Part shown: piece after piece, positions 20,463 to 32,317 of the stretch
Position numbering within the stretch: the first letter of the stretch is position 1
Layout: the number at the start of each line of letters is the position of its first letter
Assembly: GCA_963828465.1 (NCBI GenBank)
Contig: CAWHEU010000018.1
Span: 1-64,000, forward strand
DNA length: 64,000 bases
Direction: 5' to 3'
From: an uncultured Acidobacteriota bacterium
GTDB lineage: Bacteria; Actinomycetota; Acidimicrobiia; Spongiisociales; ZC4RG35
Translations under genes and position numbers: made by a program
Notes under the pieces: generated by a model
Told to the model about the DNA's origin: nothing
What the model saw: the letters and a program-made list of their open reading frames with translations, nothing else
Database searches by the model: none

Positions 20463-20715
20463 TCAGGCGGCTAAGGGGATCTCATCGTCATCGAGGAGGG
20501 CCAGCGCAGCGGCCTCGATGTTGGATTCCTCACGCCTGATCGCAGTGGGGACCGACATCATGGATCCGGCCGCGTCGACGGTCAACCGACCGGCTTCGAT
20601 CAGGGCACGGGCGATGTCGTCGGTCCAATACCAGGGCACGAGAAACCTCCGGGTGACGTCGAGGGGACAGGGACGAGGCCACTGTACCCCCGATGTCAAT
20701 ACCCGGAATCGTCAA
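20463..20715 (-). CDS. Small hypothetical protein; start uncertain, possibly frameshifted
   Basis: Co-oriented ORF filling the ssb-SURF1 gap: RRFLVPWYWTDDIARALIE...LLDDDEIPLAA. Confidence 0.5.
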
Positions 20716-20726
20716 TGAACACGGGC

Positions 20727-21056
20727 CTAGACGGCAACCGGCTCGAGATCTTCGACGTCCTTGAGGTTGACCTGCTCGGCCACTACCTCGAGTCGGGAAC
20801 GCCGCCCGTCGGGTGCCTCCCAGAACCGTCGTTGCACCGACCCGCAGATCCAGATCCGACGACCCTTCTCGGGCAGCTCATCGACGAGCTCATCTGGCGG
20901 GTCCCATACCGTGACCGGAACGACGTCGACCCGTCGTCTCGGCTCATCGCTCCGAACGGTGACCAGGAGCCTGATCAACCGGGTACCGCTCTCGAAGGTC
21001 TTCAACTCGGGCTCGACGGCGACGCGTCCACAAAGGACGACGAGGTTGAGATCCAT
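20727..21056 (-). CDS. Short single-stranded DNA-binding protein (OB fold, no acidic tail)
   Basis: Strong RBS AAAGGGGAG, MDLNLVVLCGRVAVEPELK, VPVTVW, KGRRIWICGSVQRRFW, SRLEVVAEQV. Confidence 0.8.
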   Translation of the reverse strand: MDLNLVVLCGRVAVEPELKTFESGTRLIRLLVTVRSDEPRRRVDVVPVTVWDPPDELVDELPEKGRRIWICGSVQRRFWEAPDGRRSRLEVVAEQVNLKDVEDLEPVAV

Positions 21057-21160
21057 GACACTCTCCCCTTTCTCATGGTCGGGGAAGTGCGGACGATTCG
21101 AGTGTGCCTGACCGCAGTGACAGATTCACCAGGGTCGTAGTTGTACGAATGCCAGACCGG

Positions 21161-21898
21161 TCAGAGCAAGGCAGCGCGCAGTTCGTCCACGCCTTCGAAA
21201 TCGGGGTCCTGCTCGTCCAGGGCGGCCAACAGCCGTCTGGCCGCGTCCTTGTCTCCGGCTGCAAGGGCCACCCTGGCCGCCACGAACCAACGTCGAAGCT
21301 CCCCCGGCGATGGTGAGGCCACGAGTCTGCCCGGTTTGATGATGTGCCAGGCGTCGACAGCCTTTCCCTGGTCGAGGAGGAACGACGCGTACACCACCCG
21401 GGCTTCATGGCCCACTGTGGCCGATGCGTCGAGATCCTGGAGCAAGTTCCAGGTCTTGGTCACGTCTCCGGGCCGGCCCAGGGCGCGGAGGCAGTCCATC
21501 TCGACCGGCATGTGGATCACGTCTCCGGTGAGACGTCTGAACGTGCGCAGCTCGCGCAGGGCCTCTTCCCATTGTCCGGTGTGATAGGCGGAAAGGCCGA
21601 GCATCTCCCGTACCGTCGATGAGCGAGGCGCCAGGTTCTTTGCCTTACGCAGCTCGGGAAGGGCGGCACCGTAGCGCTCGTCCGCGAACTGGTTCAAAGC
21701 CTTGGCCAGATGGTTCAGGGCGGGATCGCGGCGGTCTTTGGGTGTGGAGCGAAGGATCTCTTCCCTGACCCATTTCGGGAGCTGTCCCGAGCTCACCGAG
21801 GTGACCGTGCGATGCTCCCGTCGCTGGCCGGTGTCATGGGTGTCACGTCGTCGCCTGTCGCCACTCTTGCGCTGATGTCGGTCCGGGCGATTGCTCAA
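21161..21898 (-). CDS. Tetratricopeptide-repeat protein (actinobacterial gene typically found downstream of rrn)
   Basis: AKNLAPRSSTVREMLGLSAYHTGQWEEALRELRTFRRLTG...MDCLRALGRP. TTG start follows AGGGAAGG. Confidence 0.8.
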   Translation of the reverse strand: MSNRPDRHQRKSGDRRRRDTHDTGQRREHRTVTSVSSGQLPKWVREEILRSTPKDRRDPALNHLAKALNQFADERYGAALPELRKAKNLAPRSSTVREMLGLSAYHTGQWEEALRELRTFRRLTGDVIHMPVEMDCLRALGRPGDVTKTWNLLQDLDASATVGHEARVVYASFLLDQGKAVDAWHIIKPGRLVASPSPGELRRWFVAARVALAAGDKDAARRLLAALDEQDPDFEGVDELRAALL

Positions 21899-21914
21899 CG
21901 TGCCTTCCCTAGGG

Positions 21915-21953
21915 TGAAAATGAAGGGCCGCCAACGGTAGTCGGCGGCCCTTC
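21915..21953 (-). terminator. Intrinsic terminator of the rRNA operon
   Basis: GAAGGGCCGCC-loop-GGCGGCCCTTC followed by ATTTT on the minus strand, just after 5S. Confidence 0.75.
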
Positions 21954-21961
21954 GACGTAAA

Positions 21962-22081
21962 TGCCCGGCGGTGACCTACTCTCCCAGGGGGTCGCCCCCC
22001 AAGTACCATCGGCGCTGGCGGGTTTCACTTCCGTGTTCGGAATGGGAACGGGTGGTTCCCCGCCGCTGTAGCCACCGGACA
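21962..22081 (-). rRNA. rrf: 5S rRNA
   Basis: CCCATTCCGAACACGGAAGTGAAACC...CGCCGATGGTAC...GGGAGAGTAGGTCACCGCC on the minus strand. Confidence 0.97.
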
Positions 22082-22375
22082 AACTTGTCAAATCTTGGGC
22101 TTCGAGTCCCGGCAACCCGAGGACTCCATAGCGAGCACAAATATCGAGGATTCATTCCAAGCCCTCGGCCTATTAGTACCGGTCCGCTGAACACATTGCT
22201 GTGCTTACACGTCCGGCCTATCAACCTGGTCTTCTACCAGGGGCCTTAACCGGTTAATCCGGTGGGAAGTCTCATCTTGAGGTGGGCTTCGCACTTAGAT
22301 GCCTTCAGCGCTTATCCCGTCCGTACATAGCCAACGAGCCGTGCACTTGGCAGTACAACTCGCACACCAGAGGTA

Positions 22376-22407
<32 letters not shown>

Positions 22408-22431
22408 CTCCTCTCAAACTTCCTGCGCCTG

Positions 22432-22563
<132 letters not shown>

Positions 22564-23073
22564 ACCCCCGTCGATATGGACTCTTGGGGGGCATAAGCCT
22601 GTTATCCCCGGAGTACCTTTTAGCCGATGAACCATGGCACACCCACGTGCCACCATGGGTTCACTAATCCCGACTTTCGTCCCTGCTCGACTTGTAGGTC
22701 TCGCAGTCAAGCTCCCTTGTGCATTTACACTCGTCGTCTGATTGCCGACCAGACTGAGGGAACCTTTGGGCGCCTCCGTTACACTTTAGGAGGCCACCGC
22801 CCCAGTGAAACTGCCTGCCAGACACTGTCCCTGATCCGGATTACGGACCGAAGTTAGATGGCCGTCATATGAAGGGTGGTATTTCAACGTTGGCTCCACG
22901 AAAGCTAGCGCCTCCGCTTCTTAGCCTCCCACCTATCCTGCACATCACATGCCAGACACCAATGTCAAGCTACAGTAAAGGTTCCGGGGTCTTTCCGTCC
23001 TGCCGCAGGTAGTGAGCATCTTTACTCACACTGCAATTTCGCCGAGTCTCTGGTTGAGACAGTACCCAAGTCG

Positions 23074-23128
<55 letters not shown>

Positions 23129-23862
23129 CATTCTTGTTACTCCTCACATTCGCATGTGAGTGGCCAGGTCATTTCTGCCTGACTCCCCATGTCGCCATGA
23201 GGATCGGACTGTATCTTCACCACGTCAGCGTGGTGCCTTGCGTGCAGTCTCTGAGGATCCCAGGAGGATTTCCTCGATAGATCTCGACCGTTGCCGGCCC
23301 CTCGCATTCATCGAGTAGGCACGCCGGACGATGTCTTCGAAGACCTCAGGGCGGTGGTGACTTCTGGCTCGAATCGCCCTCACAATGAAGGCGAACTGCT
23401 CGAAGTCGTACCGCTTCACTCTCAGCGCGTTCTCCTCGAAGAAGGGAAGGACCCTCTCCTCGAGCTGGATCGTGCTGTGCACTGTGTAGACGTCGACCGA
23501 GCTCGCTCGGTCCCTTCGAACGCACGCTTCCGCATGCGAAGAAGGTCCTGAGCCCCTCGAGGACGTCCCGGTGGTCTGTGTGTTGGGAGACCTGGAACGT
23601 GGGCTGGACGTGCCAGCCACGTGTAGGTCTCGCCAGTTCGTTGCGATGCACGGATACTGAGAAGCATCCTTCGCCATCAACGAACCCCACGACCCATCCC
23701 GGATCGAGTGCATCGAGTCTGGTTTCCTGCTGATTGTCCGCACCGATCGGATTGTCACTTTCCATGTCTCGACCCTACGGAGAGGGTCTGACAAGAACTA
23801 GTACCGTCGGATACTCGGATGTTCCAGCATATAGCAAGGTTTACCCACGGCCAGTAGGTCTA
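23129..23862 (-). mobile_element. Group I self-splicing intron at 23S L1923 (734 nt)
   Basis: Splits TAACTATAACGGT^CCTAAGGTAGCGA. The 5' exon ends in U and the intron ends in G. P1 is ACGGU/GCCGU with a U-G pair. Core elements: P (AUGCUGGAA ~23822-30), Q (AAUCAGCAGG ~23726-35), R (UCAGAGACUGCA ~23243-54), S (AAGAUACAGUCC ~23206-17). Confidence 0.95.
23225..23765 (-). CDS. Intron-encoded single-motif LAGLIDADG homing endonuclease; +1 frameshift near 23505
   Basis: WVVGFVDGEGCFSVSV, VQPTFQVSQ, LRTFFACGSV. After the shift: SSVDVYTVHS...VLPFFEENALRVKRYDFEQF...AYSMN. Confidence 0.9.
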
Positions 23863-23868
23863 ACCGTT

Positions 23869-23899
<31 letters not shown>

Positions 23900-25364
23900 T
23901 TTCAAGGCTTCGCCGAAGCTAACCCATCCACTTAACCTTCCAGCACCGGGCAGGCGTCACAGCGTATACGTCGTCTTGCGACTTAGCACGCTGCTGTGTT
24001 TTTGGTAAACAGTCGCTTGGGTCTGGTCACTGCGGCCCCCTCAAGCTCAGGACGCGAAGTCCTTCACCTTACCGGGGCGCTCCTTCTCCCGAAGTTACGG
24101 AGCTATTTTGCCGAATTCCTTAACCAGAGTTAACTCGCTCGCCTTGGTATTCTCTACCTGTCCACCTGTGTCGGTTTGGGGTACGGGCACCCTGTGTGCT
24201 CGCTAGAAGTTTTTCTCGGAGGCATGGCTTCAACGGCTTCGCCTAAAGCGGCTCGGCATCACGTCTCAGGCTTCATGAGGTCCGGATTTACCTAGACCTC
24301 GCCCCACACGCTTACCCCGGGAACAACCATCGCCCGGGTCCGTTTAGCCTTCCCCGTCACTCCATCGCTGACCTAGTACTGACTGGGTCGGTAGGCCCCG
24401 AAGGGCTTTCCTTAGCAAATCAGATTCGGCCTGGGCGCACGCAGAGTGGTACCGGAATATCAACCGGTTGTCCATCGACTACGCCTCTCGGCCTCACCTT
24501 AGGTCCCGACTTACCCTGGGCGGACGAACCTTCCCCAGGAACCCTTGGACATTCGGCGGAAGAGATTCTCACTCTTCATTCGCTACTCATGCCGGCATTC
24601 GCACTCGTGACGCCTCCACGGCTGGCTTCCGCCGCCGCTTCACTGGCAACACGACGCTCCCCTACCGATCCAGCTAATGCTGAATCCCGTAGCTTCGGCG
24701 GTGTACTTGAGCCCCGTTACATTTTCCGCGCAGAGTCACTCGACCAGTGAGCTGTTACGCACTCTTTAAATGGTGGCTGCTTCTAAGCCAACATCCTGGC
24801 TGTTTGAGCAACTCCACATCGTTTCCCACTTAGTACACACTTGGGGGCCTTAGCTGACGATCTGGGCTGTTTCCCTTTCGACCACGAAGCTCATCCCACG
24901 TAGTCTGACTGCCGTATTTAGCGCATTGAGATTCGGAGTTTGACTGAATTCGGTAAGCTTGTAGGCCCCCTAGTCCAATCAGTGCTCTACCCCCAATGCG
25001 GAACATTACGACGCTAGCCCTAAAGCTATTTCGGGGAGAACCAGCTATCGCCGAGTTTGTTTGGCCTTTCACCCCTATCCACAGGTCATCCCCCAAGTTT
25101 TCAACCTTGGTGGGTTCGGGCCTCCACGAGGTCTTACCCTCGCTTCACCCTGCCCATGGATAGATCACTCGGCTTCGGGTCTACGACATGCGACTAGGCG
25201 CCCTATTAAGACTCGCTTTCGCTTCGACTACGGTTCACACCTTAATCTTGCCACATATCGGTAACTCGCCGGCTCATTCTTCAAAAGGCAGGCGGTCAGG
25301 ATCCGAAGATCCCTCCCACTGCTTGTAAGTCAACGGTTTCAGGTACTATTTCACTCCCCTCGCC

Positions 25365-25395
<31 letters not shown>

Positions 25396-26222
25396 AGTCC
25401 GCTATCGGTCGCTAGGAAGTACTTAGCCTTACGAGGTGGTTCTCGCAGATTCACACGGAATATCCTCCGTGATACTTGGGAACACCGAATCTGAAGCGAG
25501 GTCGGTTTTCGTCTACAGGGCTGTTACCTGCTGTGGCCCAGCTTTCCAGCTGTGTTCGACTAACCGCTTCGTTTGTAACTTCAGCTCGATACCGGTGTAT
25601 CGAGACATCAGGTCCCACGACACCCACACAGCAACGCCACCGGGCTATCACACTGCATAGGTTTAGGCTCATCCCGTTTCGCTCGCCACTACTCAGGGAG
25701 TCGCATTTGCTTTCTTTTCCTCAGAGTACTGAGATGTTTCAGTTCCCCTGGTTACCTCAACCGGCCCTATGTGTTCAGACCGGAGTGACTGGGCATGACC
25801 CCAGCCGGGTTTCCCCATTCGGACATCCTCGGATCGACGCTTGCTTGACAGCTTCCCGAGGCTTTTCGCAGCCTGCCACGTCCTTCATCGGCTTCTAGCG
25901 CCAAGGCATCCACCGTTAACTCTTAGTAGCTTGGAATATAGAGAATCCAAGACATTTTGTGCTCGCTATGCAGTTCTCAAGTTGCCTGAAGGTGCTCGAC
26001 CGTGACGATACGAGATCGTCCCGGCCGTGAACTCCTTCACAACTGAACAATGTGCCCTATCTAACCGGCTCCTTGGCCGGGCTCATCCGAGCTCTCGCGT
26101 CGCCGAAGCGACTCGAGCTTGCTCGTTCCACCCAACCAGATCAATCCTGTTCGATCGAATAGCCAGCAGATCAACTAGAAGCTGGAAACCAGTCAATCAT
26201 GCCGGTTTCGTTAATGCTCCTT

Positions 26223-27752
<1,530 letters not shown>

Positions 27753-27913
27753 TACATTCAAGGCTGGCACCCGAAGGCGCCGGCCAATCCTGTCAGTTAT
27801 GAGTTTGCAATTGGGTCCAGGACCCGTGAGGGGCCCTAGAGCTGATTGCTATACAGATGCTCACTCACCCCACCGACCCTGAGGCCGGGAAGTGGGTGTG
27901 CATGCTGGCTTTT

Positions 27914-27928
27914 GGCACATTGTTCAGT
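27914..27928 (-). other. rRNA processing stems (16S leader/trailer; 23S equivalent at 25955-25970 with 22127-22142)
   Basis: GGCACATTGTTCAGT (27914-28) is complementary to ACTGAACAATGTGCC (26042-56). TTTGTGCTCGCTATG is complementary to CATAGCGAGCACAAA. Confidence 0.75.
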
Positions 27929-28107
27929 TGTCAAGGAGCCCAGAGCTCCCACCTACTGATGTCAGGCGGGCCGGCAACGACAATCGCGAAATCCATCGCG
28001 GATGCCCTCGTGACCCCGATACAAAGTGAATCCGAGGCGACGCGAAAGAGGCGCCGTCCCGGTGTTCAAGTGGGTGGCCGGGGATGTATTCCCCAGCCGG
28101 GAGTCGA

Positions 28108-28135
28108 ATAGTAACGACACCCCTGAGTTAGTCAA
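28108..28135 (-). promoter_or_regulatory. SigA-type rrn promoter
   Basis: TTGACT-N16-TACTAT directly downstream of the tyrS stop. Confidence 0.6.
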
Positions 28136-28140
28136 GTCAA

Positions 28141-29328
28141 TCAGACCAACCGGACGAATCGGCGCTTGCCCACCTGGAGGACCCGGCCCGAAAGGTCGCT
28201 CCTGGCGACCTCCTGAGCCTCGAGAACCGACCCGTCGAGCTTCACCGCCCCCTGAGCCAGCAATCTACGGGCCTCCGATCCGGAGAGACCTAGCGCATCC
28301 CGGATCAGACCAGGGATGACGACCGGATCGTCCGCCGAGAGAGCAAACGACTCGATCTCGTCGGGCATTCCACCCTCCTTGAACACCTGATCGAAAGCGG
28401 ACTCGGCTCTCACGGCTTCGTCCTCACCCCAGTAGAGGGCCGTCACGGCCCGGGCGAGACGACGCTTGGTCTCTCCCGGATGGAGCGACTCCGAAGCCAG
28501 TCCTTCCTCGATCTCCTCGACCTCGGCCGGATCGAGGTCCGCAGCCAGCCGGAACCATTCGACCATCGCGGTGTCCGGGATGCTCATCGTCTTGCCGAAC
28601 ATCTCTTCGGGGGCGTCCTCCACGCCGATGTAGTTGCCGAGTGACTGCGACATCTTCTTGACCCCGTCGGTGCCGACGAGAAGAGGCATCGTCATGGCCA
28701 CCTGAGGCGCCATCCCGTACCGCTCCTGCACGGTCCGACCCATCATCAGGTTCCAGAGCTGGTCCGACCCACCGAGCTCGACGTCGGCCTGAACGGCCAC
28801 CGAGTCATAGCCCTGGAGCAACGGGTAGAGGAACTCCATGACCGAGATGGGGCTCCCGTCCTCGTATCGCTTGGCGAAGTCGGATCGCTCGAGCATCTGC
28901 GCCACGGTGGCCGACGAGGTGAGCTCGAGCAGACCGGCCATGTCGAGCGTCCCCAGCCACTCCGAGTTTCGCCGGATCTCGAGATTCTCAGGAAGGAGGA
29001 TCCTGCGGAACTGGCCGAGCACGTTCTCTGCGTACCCGTTGACTTCCTCGGAGGTCAGTCTCCGGCGCGTCTCGGACCGGTCCGACGGATCGCCGACCTG
29101 CCCGGTGAAGTCACCGACGATGAGGACGGCGGTATGGCCCATCTCCTGGAAGTGACGCAACTTGCGGAGGACCACAGCCCACCCGAGGGTCACCGCCGGG
29201 GCGGTGGGGTCCAACCCGAGCTTGACCCGGAGCGGGCGCCCCAGCTCCAGCTTGTCCGACAGGTCGTCGCCGGGGACCACTTGATCGGTGTGGCGGAGCA
29301 GGAAGGAGAGTTGGTCGTCTGTGCTCAT
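28141..29328 (-). CDS. tyrS: Tyrosine--tRNA ligase
   Basis: KLGLDPTAP, YPLLQGYDSV, GGSDQLWN, KKMSQS, C-terminal S4 domain ending QVGKRRF. Confidence 0.95.
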   Translation of the reverse strand: MSTDDQLSFLLRHTDQVVPGDDLSDKLELGRPLRVKLGLDPTAPAVTLGWAVVLRKLRHFQEMGHTAVLIVGDFTGQVGDPSDRSETRRRLTSEEVNGYAENVLGQFRRILLPENLEIRRNSEWLGTLDMAGLLELTSSATVAQMLERSDFAKRYEDGSPISVMEFLYPLLQGYDSVAVQADVELGGSDQLWNLMMGRTVQERYGMAPQVAMTMPLLVGTDGVKKMSQSLGNYIGVEDAPEEMFGKTMSIPDTAMVEWFRLAADLDPAEVEEIEEGLASESLHPGETKRRLARAVTALYWGEDEAVRAESAFDQVFKEGGMPDEIESFALSADDPVVIPGLIRDALGLSGSEARRLLAQGAVKLDGSVLEAQEVARSDLSGRVLQVGKRRFVRLV

Positions 29329-29933
29329 CGGCCAGGCGAGAGTAGATCCGGGAGGTCGGATCTCTTTCCGACCCCGGTCGTCGGGGTCACCGCCACGAAT
29401 CGCCATGGGCGATCGATCGCCCGGCTGATGCCAACCCGGGGGGTCGCCATCAACAGGGCAGGCGGCTCGCCGGGTTCCAACCGGATTGGAGAAGATCCGT
29501 CGAACAAGAAGGTGCCATCGTGGGAGTGGTCGACTCCCAATGCCTGCGTCAGCTTTCCCGGGCCGTTGGCGAGGTCACGCTCGCGACCGCGGCGCGTCCG
29601 GGCCACACCCAGCCCATCCACGATCTCCCCGCCCCTGAAGAGGATCCCCCAGCCGACCCCTTCCGGTCCCGCCGCCACATTGGCGCACCAGTGGATGCCA
29701 TAGGAGCGATAGACGTACAACGTCCCGGGTCGCTCGAACATCGACCCGTTCCGGCCCGTCCGGCCTCGATACGCATGGGATGCCGGGTCATCAGAGCCCT
29801 TGTAGGCCTCGACTTCGGTGATTCTGGCCTTCACCGACTTTCCTCCCACTTCCGAGACCAGAAATGCTCCCAGGAGCCGGGGTGCCGCCTCTTCCGGGCT
29901 CTCCGCGAGTTGTGACGCCAGGTCCATCCTCAA
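29325..29933 (-). CDS. mpg: DNA-3-methyladenine glycosylase (MPG/AAG type)
   Basis: RITEVEAY, DPASHAYRG, LYVYRSYGIHWCAN, NGPGKLTQALG, PRVGIS, PWRF. Confidence 0.93.
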   Translation of the reverse strand: MRMDLASQLAESPEEAAPRLLGAFLVSEVGGKSVKARITEVEAYKGSDDPASHAYRGRTGRNGSMFERPGTLYVYRSYGIHWCANVAAGPEGVGWGILFRGGEIVDGLGVARTRRGRERDLANGPGKLTQALGVDHSHDGTFLFDGSSPIRLEPGEPPALLMATPRVGISRAIDRPWRFVAVTPTTGVGKRSDLPDLLSPGR

Positions 29934-32317
29934 GCCCCTCGCAGTCGGGCACCGAGACCCTCGGCGGCCGAGATCATGTCCTGGCGGATCGGGGAAACCT
30001 CTTCGTTGGTGAGGGTGTGGTCTGTCGAGCGCAACCGGTAGCGAATCGCCACAGCCCGACTCCCCTGGTCGACCCCTGGCCCGACGAACACGTCGAACAC
30101 GCGGGCCGACTCCACCAAGTCGGCGCCGGCGGCCGTGGTGGCATCGATCAATCGACCGACGGCGAGATCTGCCGGCATGAGAAACGAGAGGTCGAAGTCG
30201 ACGTGTGGGAACACCGACGGAGAAACACCGACGACCGGGGCGACCCGGGCCAGGAGGGGCTCGAGGTCGAGCTCCCCGATCGCCACCCTGCCCGGTATTT
30301 CGAAGTTTCGGTTGGCACGGGGGCTCAACTCCCCGACATGGCCGATGATCGACTCTCCGAGCCGCACCGCGGCCGAGCGGCCCGGGTGGAAGCCTGCTGC
30401 ATCTGCAGGCTCGACCTCGAAATGGAGATGCCCGAGCACCGCCATGACATGACGAAGCACCGACAGCGATACGTGGGCGTCGGCGGACGGATTCTCTTGA
30501 CCCAGTAGATGAGGCCCGACGCCACCCACGATCACCCAGGTCAGGGCCGATTTCTGTTGAGGGAGGCGGGCATCCTCCGACCAGGGCTCGGCCAGGAACA
30601 CGCGCGCCATCTCGAAGAGCGCGACCTCCGACATCCCATATGAGAAGTTGTGACGGGCGACGTCGAGCAAACCGGGGAGCATGGTCGGCCGCATCGTGCC
30701 TTCCTCCTCCCTGAGGGGGTTGGTGACGGTCAAGAGTCGAGCCGTGTCAGTCCATCCCAGGTTGGTCAGGTCGGCCTGTTTGACAAACGGAAGCGTCACC
30801 GTCTGGTGCATCCCGAGCCCTACCAGTGCCGAAATGAGGCGCCGTGCCCTCTTCTGCTCGAGCGTCAGGCCACCACCGGGGCCGGTTGGAAGGGTTGCGC
30901 CGAACTGCTCGTAGCCGTGGAGCCTCGCCACTTCCTCGACCAAATCTGCCGGCCGGGTCACATCGGGCCGGAAGGTCGGCACGGTGACCACCATCGGGTC
31001 AGTTCCGTCGACGGTCATGCCCAAACGGGTCAAGATGCCGCTCACCTGCTCGGATGAGAACCCCGGCCCCAGCAAACGCTCGACATCCGCCAGGCTCAGA
31101 CCGACCTCGACCGGCCGACTTACGACAGCGATCTCATCGATCACTTCCTCGAGCACGCCGCCACCGCCGAGCTCCACCACCATCGCCGCTGCTCGAGCAT
31201 TGGCCTCGTCGGTGAGATTGGGGTCCACCCCGCGCTCGAACCGGGTCGATGCTTCGGACATCAACCCGTGACGACGAGACATGTACATGATCGTGGGTGG
31301 GTCCCAGGAGGCTGCCTCCATGAGGACGTTCACGGTTGATCCCGAGACTTCCGAGCGAGCCCCACCCATGGTGCCCGACATCGAAGTCGGCCCATCTGCG
31401 TCGTAGATGATCAGGTCATCAGCGCTCAATGTGCGCCGTTCGCCGTCGAGAGTCTCCAGAGCCTCGCCGGCGTCAGCTCGTTTGACCGTCAACCGATTGC
31501 CGGAAATGCTGTCGGCATCGAAGGCGTGGAGGGGATGACCGAGCTCCAGCATCACATAGTTGGTCACGTCGACGATGTTGGAGATCGCCCGCACGCCGGC
31601 CTTCCGAAGTCGATGACGCACCCAGAGCGGGGAACTCCGCACCTCGACTCCGCGGATCTCCCGGGCCGTGAATCGTCGGCAACCCCCGGGATCCTCGATG
31701 GCGACGCTGATGTTCGGCGACCCGGAGACGGTCTTGAGCGGTCGGTCGGGGATCCGGTACCCGATCTCGAAGTGAGCCGCCAGGTCCCGGGCTATCCCGA
31801 CGAGCGACATCGCATCGGGTCGATTGTTGGTGATTGCCAGATCGAACACGACGTCCGGCAATTCAACGAGGTCGGCAAAGGAGGATCCCGGGGCGGGCTC
31901 ACCATCCAGCACGAGGATCCCGGTGTGGTCGTCGCCCAGACCGAGCTCGCTCTCGGAGCAAATCATGCCGTTGGAGTCGACCCCGCGGATGCTTCGTCGA
32001 CCGATCTCGAAATCACCGGGCAGCACTGACCCGGGTCGGGCCACAGCCACGTAGGCGCCGCCGGAGAAGTTCCAGGCACCGCAGATGATCTGCTCGGCGC
32101 CTGACCCGGTGTCCACCTGGCACACCCGCACCTTGTCGGCGGCAGGGTGCGCTGTGATCTCCTCGACCTTGCCCACGACGACATTGGTCCACCCGACGTC
32201 GAGGACATCGAAGCTCTCCACTTCGTGTCCGAGCATGGTGAGGACATCCGACAGCTCAGTGGGATCAGTCGTCGGGAGCTCGATGAATTCCTGGAGCCAG
32301 CGAAGAGGGACCTTCAT
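29930..32317 (-). CDS. pheT: Phenylalanine--tRNA ligase beta subunit
   Basis: MKVPLRWL, ICGAWN, GMICSESELG, NRPD, NIVDVTNYV, RFERGVD, DLVEEVARLHGY. Confidence 0.96.
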   Translation of the reverse strand: MKVPLRWLQEFIELPTTDPTELSDVLTMLGHEVESFDVLDVGWTNVVVGKVEEITAHPAADKVRVCQVDTGSGAEQIICGAWNFSGGAYVAVARPGSVLPGDFEIGRRSIRGVDSNGMICSESELGLGDDHTGILVLDGEPAPGSSFADLVELPDVVFDLAITNNRPDAMSLVGIARDLAAHFEIGYRIPDRPLKTVSGSPNISVAIEDPGGCRRFTAREIRGVEVRSSPLWVRHRLRKAGVRAISNIVDVTNYVMLELGHPLHAFDADSISGNRLTVKRADAGEALETLDGERRTLSADDLIIYDADGPTSMSGTMGGARSEVSGSTVNVLMEAASWDPPTIMYMSRRHGLMSEASTRFERGVDPNLTDEANARAAAMVVELGGGGVLEEVIDEIAVVSRPVEVGLSLADVERLLGPGFSSEQVSGILTRLGMTVDGTDPMVVTVPTFRPDVTRPADLVEEVARLHGYEQFGATLPTGPGGGLTLEQKRARRLISALVGLGMHQTVTLPFVKQADLTNLGWTDTARLLTVTNPLREEEGTMRPTMLPGLLDVARHNFSYGMSEVALFEMARVFLAEPWSEDARLPQQKSALTWVIVGGVGPHLLGQENPSADAHVSLSVLRHVMAVLGHLHFEVEPADAAGFHPGRSAAVRLGESIIGHVGELSPRANRNFEIPGRVAIGELDLEPLLARVAPVVGVSPSVFPHVDFDLSFLMPADLAVGRLIDATTAAGADLVESARVFDVFVGPGVDQGSRAVAIRYRLRSTDHTLTNEEVSPIRQDMISAAEGLGARLRGA

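Noticed and set aside
24360-24445. Second intervening sequence in 23S
   Set aside because: It matches the position and size of the known stable domain III insertion of Actinobacteria and has no intron features.
25936-26222. tRNA genes in the 16S-23S spacer
   Set aside because: Hairpins are present but there is no cloverleaf with a properly placed T-arm. Actinobacterial spacers usually lack tRNAs.
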